64,000 nt of DNA. Source: Chiloscyllium plagiosum. Lineage: Eukaryota. Every line of letters begins with the position of its first letter. The first letter of the stretch is position 1. This document shows positions 11,546-24,860 of this stretch, one piece after another. The stretch is from NCBI RefSeq assembly GCF_004010195.1, contig NC_057730.1:41327034-41391033 (forward strand), written 5' to 3'. Under the pieces are notes generated by a model. The model was not told the DNA's origin. It saw only the letters and a program-made list of their open reading frames with translations, and ran no database searches. The translations under genes and the position numbers were made by a program.

Positions 11546-11627
11546 GTGTGTGGAGGTGGTGGCGTTGCTAAGGGGGCTGCTCTTTCTGTATGCTTTACAT
11601 GCTCGATTTGGGAAAGTGGAAATATGA
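11538..11627 (+). other. Candidate uORF, 29 aa (MVVCVEVVALLRGLLFLYALHARFGKVEI); its stop overlaps the SMCR8 start (ATGA)
   Basis: Translated by hand; aaaATGG Kozak; TGA 11625-11627 overlaps ATG 11624-11626. Requires a TSS upstream of 11538. Confidence 0.4.
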
Positions 11628-13992
11628 TCACTGCTCCTGATGTTGTGGCTCTTACCCATGAAGATGAGTACGGGGAACAGTATAATGATGATTCGATGCC
11701 CCCTTTCCAATTTCAATCTGAAAATCCCTGGTCCAAGACGGCCACGGCTAAATTCGAGAAGGATTTCATTCTGATTTCCGAGTTTTCCGAGCAGGTAGGC
11801 CCTCAGCCTTTGTTAACCATCCCAGACAATGCCCGCGGTAACTTTGATCTCAACTATTTCTCTCTCAGGATCATGTCTGTGGATTATCAAGCCTCCTTTG
11901 TCGGTCACCCCCCTGGTACCAGCTATCCCAAGCTCAATTTTGTCGAGGACTCCAAGGTGGTTCTCGGGGACTCCAAGGAAGGGGCTTTCGCCTACGTCCA
12001 TCATTTGACTCTGTATGATTTGGAGGCTAGAGGGTTTGTAAGGCCATTCTGTGTGGCTTACATTTCTGCTGATGAAAACAAGATTATGCAGCAGTTCCAG
12101 GAGCTATCAGATGATTTTTCTAAAGCCTCGGAGTGTTTGAAAACTGGAAATAGGAAGGCGTTTGCCAGTGAACTGGAAAAGAAACTTCAGGATTTAGAGT
12201 ACACACGAAATGTGCTACACAATGAAACAGAAATCCAGAAACGATCTAATGATAAAGGATATTACTCGTCTGTAGCAATTGAAAAAGCCAATGAATTAGC
12301 CAATGTGGAAAAGTGTATAATCGAACATCAAGATCTCTTAATGCAAATAAGAACTTACTCTCACAAAAAAACACAAGATGCAGACTATTTTTCCTATGAA
12401 CCTGAATATGGCATGGAACAATCTGATGTTGGTTTGGAACAACTGTCAAACACTGATGAATTGTGTGAAAAAAATAGCTTTTCTGATAGAAGATCTTACA
12501 CACCCAAGTTCACAAGAGCTAAATCGGCAAAATGTTTTGAAAAAAAGTTGAAAACCTTAGAAGAACTTTGTGATAGTTACTTTTTTAATCAGACTCTGGA
12601 ACAGCTTAAGCAGGTAGAGAAATTCTTCAGAGGTGATGTATGCTATTTGATTACCAGTCAGATTGAAAAAAAGCTGCTTCAACATCAGCGGTTAACCTCC
12701 TTTCTATTTGAAGACCCACTACTCTTCACTGATGTAGAACAAACTGAAAAGCAACAACGCAGTGATAAACTGCTTCCAGCTTTTAACATTCTCAGTCCCA
12801 AGCTTTTAGTACACCCCTGCTTATCAAATGAAGCCACAAGCTTTGAATCATACAAGTCTTGTGTGGAGTCTGTGCCTATTAAATTGGATCAGCAAGTCAA
12901 TGCAGAGAGTTACCATGGGACAATTGCAGAATCTATACCATGTAAAAATCCTCTAGCATCTTCAGACTATCTTGAATTGGAAGGGAAAGAAAAAGGAAGT
13001 ATTAGTAGTGGTGAAAGCATTGAAGTGCTCGGTACAGAAAAATCCTGCCCAGCCCCAGTATTTTCTAAGTCTGAGAGCCAAACAAACCTGCAATGCCAAC
13101 ATCCAGAAACTGGAAGGAGGAAATTTGTAGTCACCAAGCGTACAAACAGTGAGGACAGCATTGAAGTCCTCAGTACTACTGAAGCCCTGATACCTGAAGA
13201 TTTCAAGGCCACCTACCCGAGTGCAATATATGAAGAACCAGCTTTAGACAATGAAGAAGAGAAACAGCTGAGCACTGATCTTATGCAGCCTGATGCAAAC
13301 CTGGACCACGGTAATAGCTTCAGCAAGGCAGATTTTGAAAATACTATAACTCTGCCTGTTTTACCTGAGGCTGTAGACTCTACTTGTTGTATTGGGAAAG
13401 AGAGCCCCAGTTTTACTAAATCAGTACCTACATTTGTAACAGAAGAATATAATGGAGTAGTCAATGTTCCACCACAACGCAGTAAAACCATGGATCAAAT
13501 ATTCCACAGTGATTTATCACAGCAAGTTGAGGGAAATGGATTATATTGTGCTGATGATAGAGTATTATCTAACTGTGAAAAGCAGTACAATGATGTACCT
13601 GGCTTTGGAGAAACAGCTCAAATTCCAGCTGATGAGTATTTGGATAACATGAGTTATATGAGTGCATCATTATATTCTGACAGGACTCCATCTCCAGCCT
13701 TATCAAACTGTCCAACAAAGAGACTTTCTGGAAAGCACAAGAAGCAGTCTGGGAAGAATTCGCTGTGGTTTATAAGACAATATTCTTTTGCACAACAGGC
13801 AATTTTTTCTTTATTGTCTGGCCGGACTCTTGTAATAGTGGGTGAGCAAGAAGGAAAAGTCAAAAAGCTTGTCAATGCTTTGTCAACATTTGTCCCCCAT
13901 TGTGGCAGGGATTCAGACTCTATAAAGCAATGGGTAACATTTCCTTTGCAGATCAACCATTTACAGACCTGGAAACTCATAGGACTTCAGAG
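11624..13992 (+). CDS. SMCR8: SMCR8 (C9orf72 complex subunit, DENN/longin) coding exon 1
   Basis: MITAPDVVA.., DFILISEFSEQVGPQPLLTIP, FDLNYFSLRIMSVDYQASFVGHPPG and HHLTLYDLEARGFVRPF match vertebrate SMCR8 as recalled. The arginine-finger equivalent of human R147 is at 12029-12031. Phase-2 donor AG|gtgtgt after WKLIGLQ. Confidence 0.97.
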
Positions 13993-15699
13993 GTGTGTAT
14001 TTAAATATAGTTACAATGAAACTATTTAAGGTCAAGTTTACTTTGTAATTGATTCAGGTCAAACAAGATCAAAGCAGTAAATCAGCTTACCACTGTGGAT
14101 GCTTTTCAGAATGAAAGAATTGGTAAATTAATAAATTTTCGTGAAATTGTACGATCAAACTTGTCAATATCACTGACAACAATGATTCCAAATATGGATC
14201 TAAGGGATAAATCTCTCAAAGCTCCTTTTGATAACCTTTCTATTTTACCATATATTGGCAAATCATCAAGTGTTTATTTTTTTAAATTAAAAACTAATTA
14301 ACATTCTAAAATGTTGGTACTATTGATAATGCTTGAAATTATAAATATACTGGATGATTTCTTGCTTAAAACTTTCATCTTATTTGCAAAAGACTAACTT
14401 GCTGCTCCACTGCTTGTAAGTACTCCGGTAGTGAGCACTATCTCGTCACCTTATAACCTAAAAAATCCATTTGATAAGATAAATTTCAAACTGTTGGCTC
14501 CTTGTATAATGTCTCAAAATTTTATAGTATTTGCTTATGTCTCTACAAAGATTGATTTGTGACATCAGTACAGATTTACTGTAGATTTCTCTTAAGACAA
14601 ACTTGGAGCTATCTGACAGATCCGCTCCGAGCAGGACGGTAAAATCCCATTCAAACCACAAATATAAAATGGGCCTTACCACTAACAATCTTTGAGAGAA
14701 CTTTTTTTTAAAGTTTGTCGTCACTTACAATAATGCTTGACCATTGTAAAATTTCTTGTTTAATTTTGTAGTCCCATCTCTCAACTTTTTACATGAAGTT
14801 TATGTGTAGTTGTTGAAATTAACATGAAAGTAGACACTGAATGAATTTGGTAGCCATTGTTAGTTAGCAGCAAACATTTTGCATTTTATATAGTACATCC
14901 AGAACCAACTGCAGGATCAAATTCAAAATCACAAAAACTGTAAACCTGTAGGTCCTGATTGTTTCTCTGCACCTGCCAGACTATAATTATTTCTTATATT
15001 AAAAGTAGGTTTGATGTATTCCTTACTGAAATCATACAAATTGCAGTCTGAGACCACTTGTTTTGATTCTGGTTACCAAAAGAAGCTGAGTTGATACATT
15101 CTTAATGAACTGAATGCTCTTTACATAAATGCCATTGTTTATACTCATTTCCATTCACGTTAGACATGAAAATTAATCATGTCTGGGGAGGTTCACCAGT
15201 TTGGTGCTATCCTCCTCAGTATGTCTAAATTGCAGGAAGGTATGAAGGGTAGATACCAGATCAATAGTTGAACTACAAAAATCAAGATGAACATAACCAA
15301 CTGCAAGTTGTAATCTGTAACTGTTGGGCTTCGCACTGGACAAGTTCTGGTATAATTCGTGTAGTGTGAAAATGCATTTTTAATTTAATGGCAATTGCTG
15401 CTTTTACCTACTGTTTTATGCTGGGTGGAAGCCATTCAGAATGTGAGCATGTTACTTTGTCACATGATGGTACTTTACTTTTCTTTACTCTGGTCTACTA
15501 CTGAACGTGGTGTTAAATAATATCTGTAAGAAATGCCATGCAACAGTGCCCCTGAGGGTCTGCAGTCATTCCACCTTAAAGCAACATTGCAGCAACTTGT
15601 CTGGCTTAAAAAGGTTCCTTTAAAAATGCAAGGCTGAGTCCAGAGAGGGGGATATGGTGGTGAGATTTGTGATGTTTCCTTGTGTCCGAAACTCTGTAA

Positions 15700-17527
15700 A
15701 TTGAACAGAAAATGTGCCTGTGTGGTTGAAGGAATCAATAGCTTCTGCTTTCATACTTGAAATGGTTGATATTCTGGAAAAGCCTGATTGCAGTCTATTT
15801 TCTGTACAGCTATACTGAGAGCTGGATCAGTGTCAAGGACTCTCCACGTGTAGATAAAGGGTGACTTGGTGACGGAATACTGGCCTCTGTGGAGTTATTT
15901 CAGAGGTATATGTCAGATATAGACAGCTGGGATCAAGTAAATCTCTTGAGGTGTAAAGGAGGTGGAGGAGTACCCTTAAGAGGAAATCAGGAGGTCAGAA
16001 AGGGAACATGAGATAGCTTTAGCGGATAAGATTAAGGAGCATCCAAAGAGATTCTATGGTATACTAAGGGCAAAAGCGCAATTAGGGAGAGAATGGGACT
16101 CCTTTTAAAGGCCAAAGAGGCCAATTATGTGTCGAGATGGGTGAGATCTTAAACAAATATTTCGTACCAGTATTTACTGTGGAAAAAGACGTGGAAGCTA
16201 GGGAACTCGGAAGTAAAAAGCTGTCTTGAAAAGAGCTCATACTACAGAAGAGGTGGTGTTGGAGGTCTTAAAACGCATAAAGTTAGATAAATTCCCCAGG
16301 ACATAATCGAAGACTTTGGCATGGTAGACTGTTTAGTAAGGTTAGATCACATGGGATCTAGGAGGAGCTTGTCAATTTGATACAAAATTGGCTTGAAGGT
16401 ATGAAATAGAAAGTGGTGGTAACGCGTTGCTTTTCGGACAGGAGGCCTGTGACAGTGGTGTGCCACAAGGATCAATGTTGGGTCCACTGCTTTTCATCAT
16501 TTATATAAAAAATATGGATGGGAATATAGGAGGCACGGTTAGTAAGCTTTCGGATGACATCAAAATAAATGGTGTAGTGGACAGTGAAGAAGATTATCTC
16601 AGAGTACAATGGGACCTTGATCAGATGGAGTTTAATTTAGATGTTGAGGCGTTGCAATTTGGTAAGACAAACCAGGGTAGGACTTAGACAGTTAATGTAG
16701 GGCCCTTGGGAGTGCTGCCTAACAAAGAGACTGAGGGTTGCAGTGACTTTGCAGGTAGATAGGGTGGTGAAGAAGGCATGTGGCACATTTGCCTGTATTA
16801 GTCAGAACATTGAGTGTAGGAGTTGGCACATCATATTGTGCCTGTACGGGACATTGTTGATAGACAGGCAGGACACTAGAAGAACATAGCAAGCCAGGCA
16901 GCATCAGGAGGTGGAAAAGTTTGGCTTGCTGTGTTCTTCCAGCCTCCTGCCAATCTATTTTGGATTTCAGCATCTGCAGTTTTTTGTTTCTGTCTCTGGA
17001 AAGTGGTGAGGCCACGCTTAGAATACTGTGTATAGTTCTGGTTACCCTTCTGTAGGAAGGATGTTGTTATACTTGATACCATTTAGAAAAGATTTACAAG
17101 GATTTTGCTGGGGTTGGGGAGTTTGAGTTATAGGGAGAGGCTGAATAGACCGGGGCCTTTTTCCCTGGAGTGTTGGAAGCTGAGAGGTGACCTTGGAAAT
17201 TCATAAAATCATGAGCATAGGGTGAATAGCCAAAGTCTTTTTCAAAAGTGAGGAGTCCAAAACTAGAGGGCGTATCTTTACGGTGATTTGAAAGGGTCCT
17301 GAGGGGTAACGTTTTCAAGCGGAGGGTGGTATGTATATGGAATGAGCTGCCAGAGAAAGTGATGGAGGTTCGTACAATTGCAACATTTAAAAGGCATCTG
17401 GATGTGTATATGAATAGGAAGGGTTTAGAGGGATATGGGCCAAATGTTGGCAAATGACACTGAGTCATACTAGGATGTCTGGCTGATATGGACAAGTTGG
17501 AACTGAAGGATCTGTGTCCATCCTATA
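15700..17527 (+). mobile_element. CR1 LINE fragment in the SMCR8 intron, with a nested palindromic family-A-like element (~16860-17000)
   Basis: SGVPQGSMLGPLLFIIYI and KLSDDIK motifs; CR1 3' tail; insert gcaagccaggcagcatcagg..ttggcttgctgtgttcttccagc..cagcatctgcag. Confidence 0.88.
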
Positions 17528-18190
17528 TGAGTCTGTATTAGAAGAGACACCTTTTACTAGTAACTGTATTGGGCAATCCAAGCAAGTTGTTACTGTTCAT
17601 CAAATGTTCAAACTGCTTGTGGTGTTAAATTATGGTATGACTATTGTCACTGATATGACTAACGTACTGTTTTTTTTAAACCCTGCTGCACTTCCCGAGG
17701 ACATTTTGTTGAAATCTTTTAATTCAACCATCTTTGCTTCGGTTTTATTGCTGCAAATAATGGTTGTTATGACTTCTAATGCCAGTTGAATCTATACCGG
17801 ATGGTCAGTTCCCCCAAACATATGGGAACCAAGTAAATTGCATTATGAGGGGGCAATAAAATCCTTTTCCAGATCTAATTGTGATAGTCATGCCTGCTGT
17901 TTTAAAGTTCACTATCTGGAGTTTTGCAATGCATTATTTTATCATTTTGGTAATAACATTAAAGCAAACTGTTATTGATTTGAAATGTCCACTTGCTCAA
18001 GATTATCTTGAAGGATTCTATTATTCAGATTGAACATGAAAAGGCCAAAATGGCAATTTTGAAATTGACATTGTTACTAAGTATGTTTGAAATTGACATT
18101 GATATTAGTAATTATGTATATATTCCCATTATGCATGAGTAGCCCTTTTGTGAATGAAGTGGTAATGTTCTATTTCTTTGGCTTTTCTAG

Positions 18191-18644
18191 AACAGCTTCT
18201 CCTCTGGGTACCAGTATTTTGCACTCCTTGAATCGGTACAGTCGCTACATCAGCATACTAGACTGTGACAACAAAACTCTGCGTTGCCCACAATATAAAG
18301 GACAGCTAATCACCAGGCTGGCAGACCACAGGACTCAGATAAAGCGGGGCAGCACATATTACATGCATGTCCACAATATGTTGACCCAACTGTGTTCCCA
18401 AGCGTTTCTCTACGCTTTCTGTCATCATCTGCACCTTCCCATTGATGAAAGAGAAACCGAAGAATTAGTCACATATCGAAGGGTAAACTTTTTAAAGCAC
18501 CACCTGGGCTTGACGAATGATGATAGCAAGATTGTACAATACTTTGCAGAATTGATAAAGATGCACTACCTACATGAACCTGGAAAGGGCTTAAATCCAG
18601 TTCTACGATTTAACTACACCTCCAGTGGTGTGTTTAAGATCTAG
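18191..18644 (+). CDS. SMCR8: SMCR8 coding exon 2 (C-terminus); spliced protein 940 aa
   Basis: Acceptor ggcttttctag|A is phase-compatible; RYSRYISILDCDNKTLRCP, LADHRTQIKRGSTYY and FLYAFCHHLHLP match the SMCR8 C-terminus; TAG at 18642-18644. Confidence 0.96.
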
Positions 18645-21600
18645 TTCTGCCACATTCTCCATTCAATGCCGACATTTTAATTTGTACTTTGATTACAGAG
18701 AAGCATGATCTATTTCTGTTGGTTTTTCTTACATTGCTGTACTGTCATCTGCATTGTGAAAATTCATCAGTCTGGCTATGGCAGATAAAGAAAGGTTCAC
18801 CGTTTTCTATTTGGTGTTTTAGTGATGAGATTATATAGTGCATTTACAAATCTGGTAAGCTGAAGTTTTTTTCAACCCAGTGTCCCAAGCTGTATTTTTA
18901 AAACGTAGCAAGCTTGAGGAAGAAAATCTCAGATGATGTAATACACTGAGGGGAATGGCATGCTGCAGTTTCCTGAGTCCTAGATTAAATAAGAACCAAT
19001 AGTTTTGAAACTTGCTGTCTAAGTCTTTAGATGTATTCATCAACATATTGAGTGAACAGGAAAATTGAATTCCAGGTCAAGGTGTTACTAACTGTAGTTC
19101 AGATAAAGCACTACACCAAATGGAGCTCTGAAACTGAATATCACTCTGTCAGAGGCCTCTGAGATGTACTGGCTTGAGATTGACAGAGCTGCTGGGTGAA
19201 TTTTAGGAGTCAAGCACATGACAAATAGTGGCTAAACTTTCAGAACAATATTCAACCTGTCTATCAGATTGTGTTTTGAAGATTTTGCCGAGGAGGGGGG
19301 CTTGGAGGAGTATACTGCCAGTTTGCCAAGTCAGCTGTAACTGAACAACAGTGACTTTGAACTGCCAAATGTGACCTCTAGATTATAGTTGAGGTGTTGG
19401 TTGTGTTGAAGCAGTAGCATAATAACAAGATTGTCTGTTGTTCTCCAGTATAAAATGTGAAAAATAACTCTGTTATAGTCCTGGAAATAAATTTAGCTTT
19501 TTTAATAGGATGTGGTAGATTCCATGTCTGATACAAGGGTAAAGTGATAAGGTTAAATACCTCATAGTATTATGGCAGTAGATGCTTTTTCATGATGCAT
19601 GATTTTATGATTGTTCATTCATTGTTGTCAACAAATATGATCGAAATCTCCTAATCTTGTCTCCAGTAGCTTACACTGTGCCTGGATCTGTATGTAATCT
19701 GCATGCTGCCAGTATGTGAGCAGATCTCATTCTGGATTTGCAATGCCAGCACCTGGCCAAGTTTCGCCAATGGTAAATGCTTATTTATTAGCAGCCCATT
19801 CTTAGGAATGGCAAGGAGATAGAATAGAAATAAACTTATTAACATGTAAATGTAAAGTTAGCCCAGCCACTTGATTCAATCCAGAGTGTTGCAATACCCA
19901 TTTTTCTCCATCAGCACTTTGATTAGTTTCAGAGGGAAATGAAATGCTGCATTGGGTTTGCAAAAGATTTGCATTTAAAATGAAAAATAGCTGTTTGTTT
20001 AGTTTTGTCAATGGTTTCATTCAACATTTCAATTGGGGGTGAAAAGTGCTCCATTTCAAGATGTGGTCACATTGTATAAATGGAGGTTTTCACTTTGTTC
20101 ATTTGAATACGCTAAGTGGATGCCTCTATATACGGTGTTATAATGTTGGCTAATTAGAGAAAAAGTTCTGGTTTGCTCTTCTATTCCTTCAAGTAGAATG
20201 ATTGAGGGCTGTGTACAGATATTTTTGCCCTCATACTCGGGAATGGCATGCAACAAATATGGTCCTGAAAAGAAAAGAAGGAAAATAATGCTGCATCGTT
20301 TTGCATTCCAAAAAATAAAGAAAAACCCTAATCACATTGACAGTATGACTGACTAATACAAATCCCAAGTCTTTGATCTGACTAGGCTGCCACAAACTGA
20401 AATAATACAACCCCCCCCCCCCCATTATTCCTTTTTATGTAGATCCAACAACCAAGAAAAGAGAATTTTAGTATCTACTTGGATTTCAAAAGCATTTTTG
20501 GATCGTGTCCAAATTTTGACTACTCAGCAGTTTCACATTTTCAGATCCTGTTTTGTTTGCTTGTTGCTCAGATAATACAGCACTTTAAGAAAGCTTGCAT
20601 GCAAAGCGTCCCTCAAAAGGGTTTCAGCAGAATGCAAGCTGTTGTGAAATATAATGTCATGAAACTTAGCACCTTAACTTGGTTATCATGGTTAAAAATG
20701 AACAGCCTACTCCATTTTCCTTTTCCAGATTCAACCAGAAGAATGCTAGCTTTATTATTAATTATCTTCTGTCTCTGAAGTATTTCAATTGACTGTTTAA
20801 ATATAAAAGTTTCAAACCTAATAGGACAATTATTGCATTGTTTTTATTAATTCTGTTCACAGGAAACATAACTGAAATATCAGGTGCATTTTGGACATGT
20901 AGACTTTTTTTATCACAGTTAACTATAGACAATCTCCTTTTCACTTTCACAATGCCAGTCTTGCAGTCAAATATTATTGCACACTATATGGGTGGTTAAA
21001 TATGAACAATTCCAACCAAAGAATTTTCATTTATTATCATTTAGAAAACCTTGTGTTTTTTGTCTTATTTTTCCCCTATAGCTTCATTTTGTTTCTCTCA
21101 AAGGCAGTTCAGGTCATGCTTGACTGTTTGCTTAATGATCTTCCTTTTCATCCTTTTTGTAGCCCACTCTTCAGTTGTGAAAATAAGTAATACGCACTGT
21201 CAGTCAAGAATTGAGAATATGACAGCCATGTCTGAACCTATTCACACAATATGTATTTGCCAGAATAGTAATTTAAAGGAATCTCAACTGGTAACTTCCC
21301 TCCCAATTCCAGTAGTATTCATGTCACTGCTGCCCTGGCTCAGATTTATTAACTTGGCACATTCACAGGATTGAATCAAAGACCTTGTGAACCATCTCAA
21401 TTGTTAGTGTATTTTAAAGTTTTTAGTTCTGGCATCCCGTAATGCAAGTACAAAATTGAGTTTTGTAAACTGGGTGACATTGAGGAAAGGCAAGGATTAC
21501 AATCCACTTCAAGACTCCCTGTCCAATTAAAAAAATTAGACTTTTTGATGCATTCAAAGTGTCAAGTTCTTTAATTTCTGCAGCTTTTATGTATCTTTGT

Positions 21601-23326
21601 CTTAATGTGGTGGCTGTACAAGTTTAAACCCCAATCCAGAGGTGTCTAATCTAAACTTCATTACTATAGTAGGTGCTGTGACATGATTGACATGATCATG
21701 AAATGATGTCTGCCTTTCCAGCTGGAGAGCAGTTTTACTACCCTAGCCAACATTTTATCTTTCCAATTAACATCAATAAAAGAGATTACATTCTCATTGG
21801 TGTTTTCAGAACCTTGCTGTGCAGAGTCTGTTTTTCTGTAAGTGACTACACTTGATAAGATTGAACTGACTGTTGAACATTGACACATCCTGAGCTTGTA
21901 AAAGATTCTGTAAATATAAATTCTTCCTGTCACTGAGCATTGAGTAATGTCCCTCGGTATCTGCAACATTTGGGTAATTCTAACAGTGTGCTGCAGGTGA
22001 GCATTCTTTTCTGGAGGTCGATATCCTTAAGCTCTACTTTTACACTCTCTTCCTATTTCCCTCCACCACCCAACCCAAAAATACTCAAGCCTCTGAATAA
22101 TATATTTTACCTACAATGTTTCCTTTATGAAAATGTTCAAAAAAGTTGACCTTGCTTACTCACCTCTCCACTGAAACTATTTTCTAAAAGAAAATTGAGG
22201 TTTTTATTAATTTATTGATCCATATTTTAATTCCCTTTCTCGTTATATTTAAGGATGCACACTTGTTGGTTGCAGCCCTGTTTTGAGGATTTGCCTGAGT
22301 ATTCAGACATTGTTGTTCTGGCAAGATGTTCATTGAGGAAAAATACTTCTGGAGTTTGGAGATGTGCAACTGTTTCAAGCAATTTATGTAGGATTGTCAA
22401 GAGTCAGAATCCAGTTTTCCTAATCACAACATAGTTCTGAGATGACATCATAATAGTCCCTTAGTTTACACTCCATGTACTTCGGAATTACCTAGAATAA
22501 TGTGCTCTAACATTTTCATAGTGCAACATTAACTTGCACACAACATTTTAGAAAGAGAATTTGAAGATGAAATGGAACCTATGTTTGAGATCTCTCTGTC
22601 ATCTTGTCCTGGAGGCATTTATTTTTTATTGGTTTAGGAGCTATTGGTGCTTTCTGCAACTTCTCAGCTGTATGTGAGCAAACTGAGAGTTGAAGCATGA
22701 TACCTAGGTATTATCTGCCTCTGGTTTAGCATATCTCCCAGTCAGGATCATTAATATGCAGTTGGAAATAGGAGTTCTCACCAGCACAGGAATGTTAGTT
22801 CTGTTACTTTGTCAATTCTCTCAAGTGGTGTGGAAATATGAGATTATTAAAAATTGATATTATTTAATTAGACATCTTCCTTTGTTTTGAGAATTTATTT
22901 TGTGTTCTGGAGCTGTGCATTCTTTTTTTGTTGTTCCAATGTCTGGAATCTTCCATTGCTGCTGAATCCTTTCTATACTACAATATATAATTTATTACTT
23001 TGTCTTATTTTCTTGTTTCCTAGTTCACCTTTTTAAAAAGTGATAGAAATTAATAAATTGCATTTGAGCGAGCAGACCATGCACCACCTGATAAATCATG
23101 TAACTGTATAATCTGGCTGAGTACAAACCCTTTTGAGATTCATTAAATTTATTTGAAGTGCTGCATTTTTGATGCTGGTTAATTCATTTGAATCTAAATT
23201 TAAAAGCCCAATGAATGCATTGAACATTTCTATATCCAATTTCTGTCAAATCTGTTGGCTTACTGAGGATTTGCTCTAAATGTCTGGCAACAGCTATAAT
23301 GCAAAATGTGTAACTGCTCTGAAAGG

Positions 23327-23408
23327 AAGGGCTCATGCCCGAAACGTCGATTCTCCTGTTCCTTGGATGCTGCCTGACCTGCTGTGCTTTTCCAGCAACA
23401 CATTTTCA
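23327..23408 (+). mobile_element. 82-bp family A insertion in the probable SMCR8 3'UTR
   Basis: Perfect 17-bp TSD gtaactgctctgaaagg (23310-23326, 23409-23425). Confidence 0.85.
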
Positions 23409-24761
23409 GTAACTGCTCTGAAAGGCTGGCATATGAGTGAATAGAAAGCATCTATTTGCTGAGCACATTAACATCCTACTAAACAATGCATGTTAACCAG
23501 CATGGTGTAACAGAACTGACAGTTAAACTTGGCTCAGCACTATACAATTTTGCATTGCTACAGTCTGAAAACAAAGTGTATAATTTTAAAAAGTACATTT
23601 AAAGATACCATGGGTTTCTGTCAAAACTTATTTTAGAAAGAAAAATGTTTTTTTAGAAACATTGTAAATACAGTTGTTTGCACTAATGCATTGATTGCCT
23701 TCTTAGCCCAACTCAGAACAACTTAATGTAACTACCATACAAAAAGCTCATGTGTGACATAATCAGTCACTTAAGTAGTTAATTACAACTTTTATTTTAG
23801 TACAGGGGGTGATTTGTTGATTGAATTGCGTTTTATGTTTATTTTTCTAATACTTACCACCAGAAATATCAATTTTCCTGGACACAAAGATCAGTAAGTG
23901 GGAGCAGAAACCTTTTGGGTATATACAAATCCATGGTACTGATGCAACTGAGCCAGGAGAAACTTGCCTACTGCATTTTCCTGGGACAATACTTAAGTGA
24001 GCAGCATTCCAGAACAGAAAACTCATGGTCATGAAAAAGAGCAACTCAGTGTGAGTGCACTGATCCAGCCTGTGGCAAAGAGATATAGAAAATATCCCAT
24101 TTCTTTTTAAATAGCCTTTAGAGATCTTTTGTCTTAGCAAGCCTTGGGAATAGTCCATTCAATCTGCTAACGGTCAAAAGCAATATTAGACAATGGAAGT
24201 AATGTCTAATGTGTAAGTCTGTGAGATGCCCAAATTGTGTCCAAAGCTGAGGTAGTACTAGATTATTTTCCATTCTTTGAATTTATGTGGTGTAGTCCAA
24301 CATCAGTCGGCATTGAAAGGTAACTTCTCCTGAAACACAAGTTCTCAGCCAGCTTAGACGTGTCTGGATGCTATTACTTACAGTAATCATTGCATGCAGA
24401 AGCATGATATTTTCATTTGTTGAACAATGTGAATGTAATTTGAATTTTACCTTGTGTCCAGTAGCTGGTCAAAGATGGCTGAAATCTGTTTACATATGGG
24501 CATAAACACCTCTGTAACTGTATGAATAGTAGTCAATGTGCATGAAGAATCACTAGCTAATATGGGTTCCTTTTCCAGGGATAGAATGTAACAGTCTGAT
24601 TTTATTTTATTTCTGAATTTTTTTCTAATTGGCAATTTGAGGAGACCATCAGTCATATATTTGAAACTGTAATTATGTTGTATCAAACTGGACTCTGTTC
24701 CTTTTAACCCCATCCTTTAATTCCTTATATATTTAAAAGGTACTTAGTATTGTAAATAAAA

Positions 24762-24860
24762 GTTAAAACAGAAAATGCTGGAAATACTCAGCAGGTCAGG
24801 GAACATCTGTGAAGAAAGGAACAGTTGTAATTTCAGTTTTACCTTTCATCTGAACCTACT
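24762..24860 (-). mobile_element. Older family-A-related fragment
   Basis: aaaacagaaaatgctggaaatactcagcaggtcagg..catctgtg..ttcatctgaac. Confidence 0.55.

Noticed and set aside
11492-11623. 44-aa N-terminal extension of SMCR8 in the ORF track
   Set aside because: Homology starts at MITAPDVV (11624); ATG 11492 has weak context and lies among promoter motifs.
13993-14029. ORF tail CVFKYSYNETI as the SMCR8 C-terminus
   Set aside because: Intron read-through; the true C-terminus is in exon 2 at 18191-18644.
18087-18190. Separate 185-aa gene with a signal-peptide-like start
   Set aside because: Intronic sequence in frame with SMCR8 exon 2.
21909-24758. Three TGTAAATA Pumilio-type elements in the SMCR8 3'UTR
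   Set aside because: Close to chance expectation in 7 kb of AT-rich sequence without conservation data.
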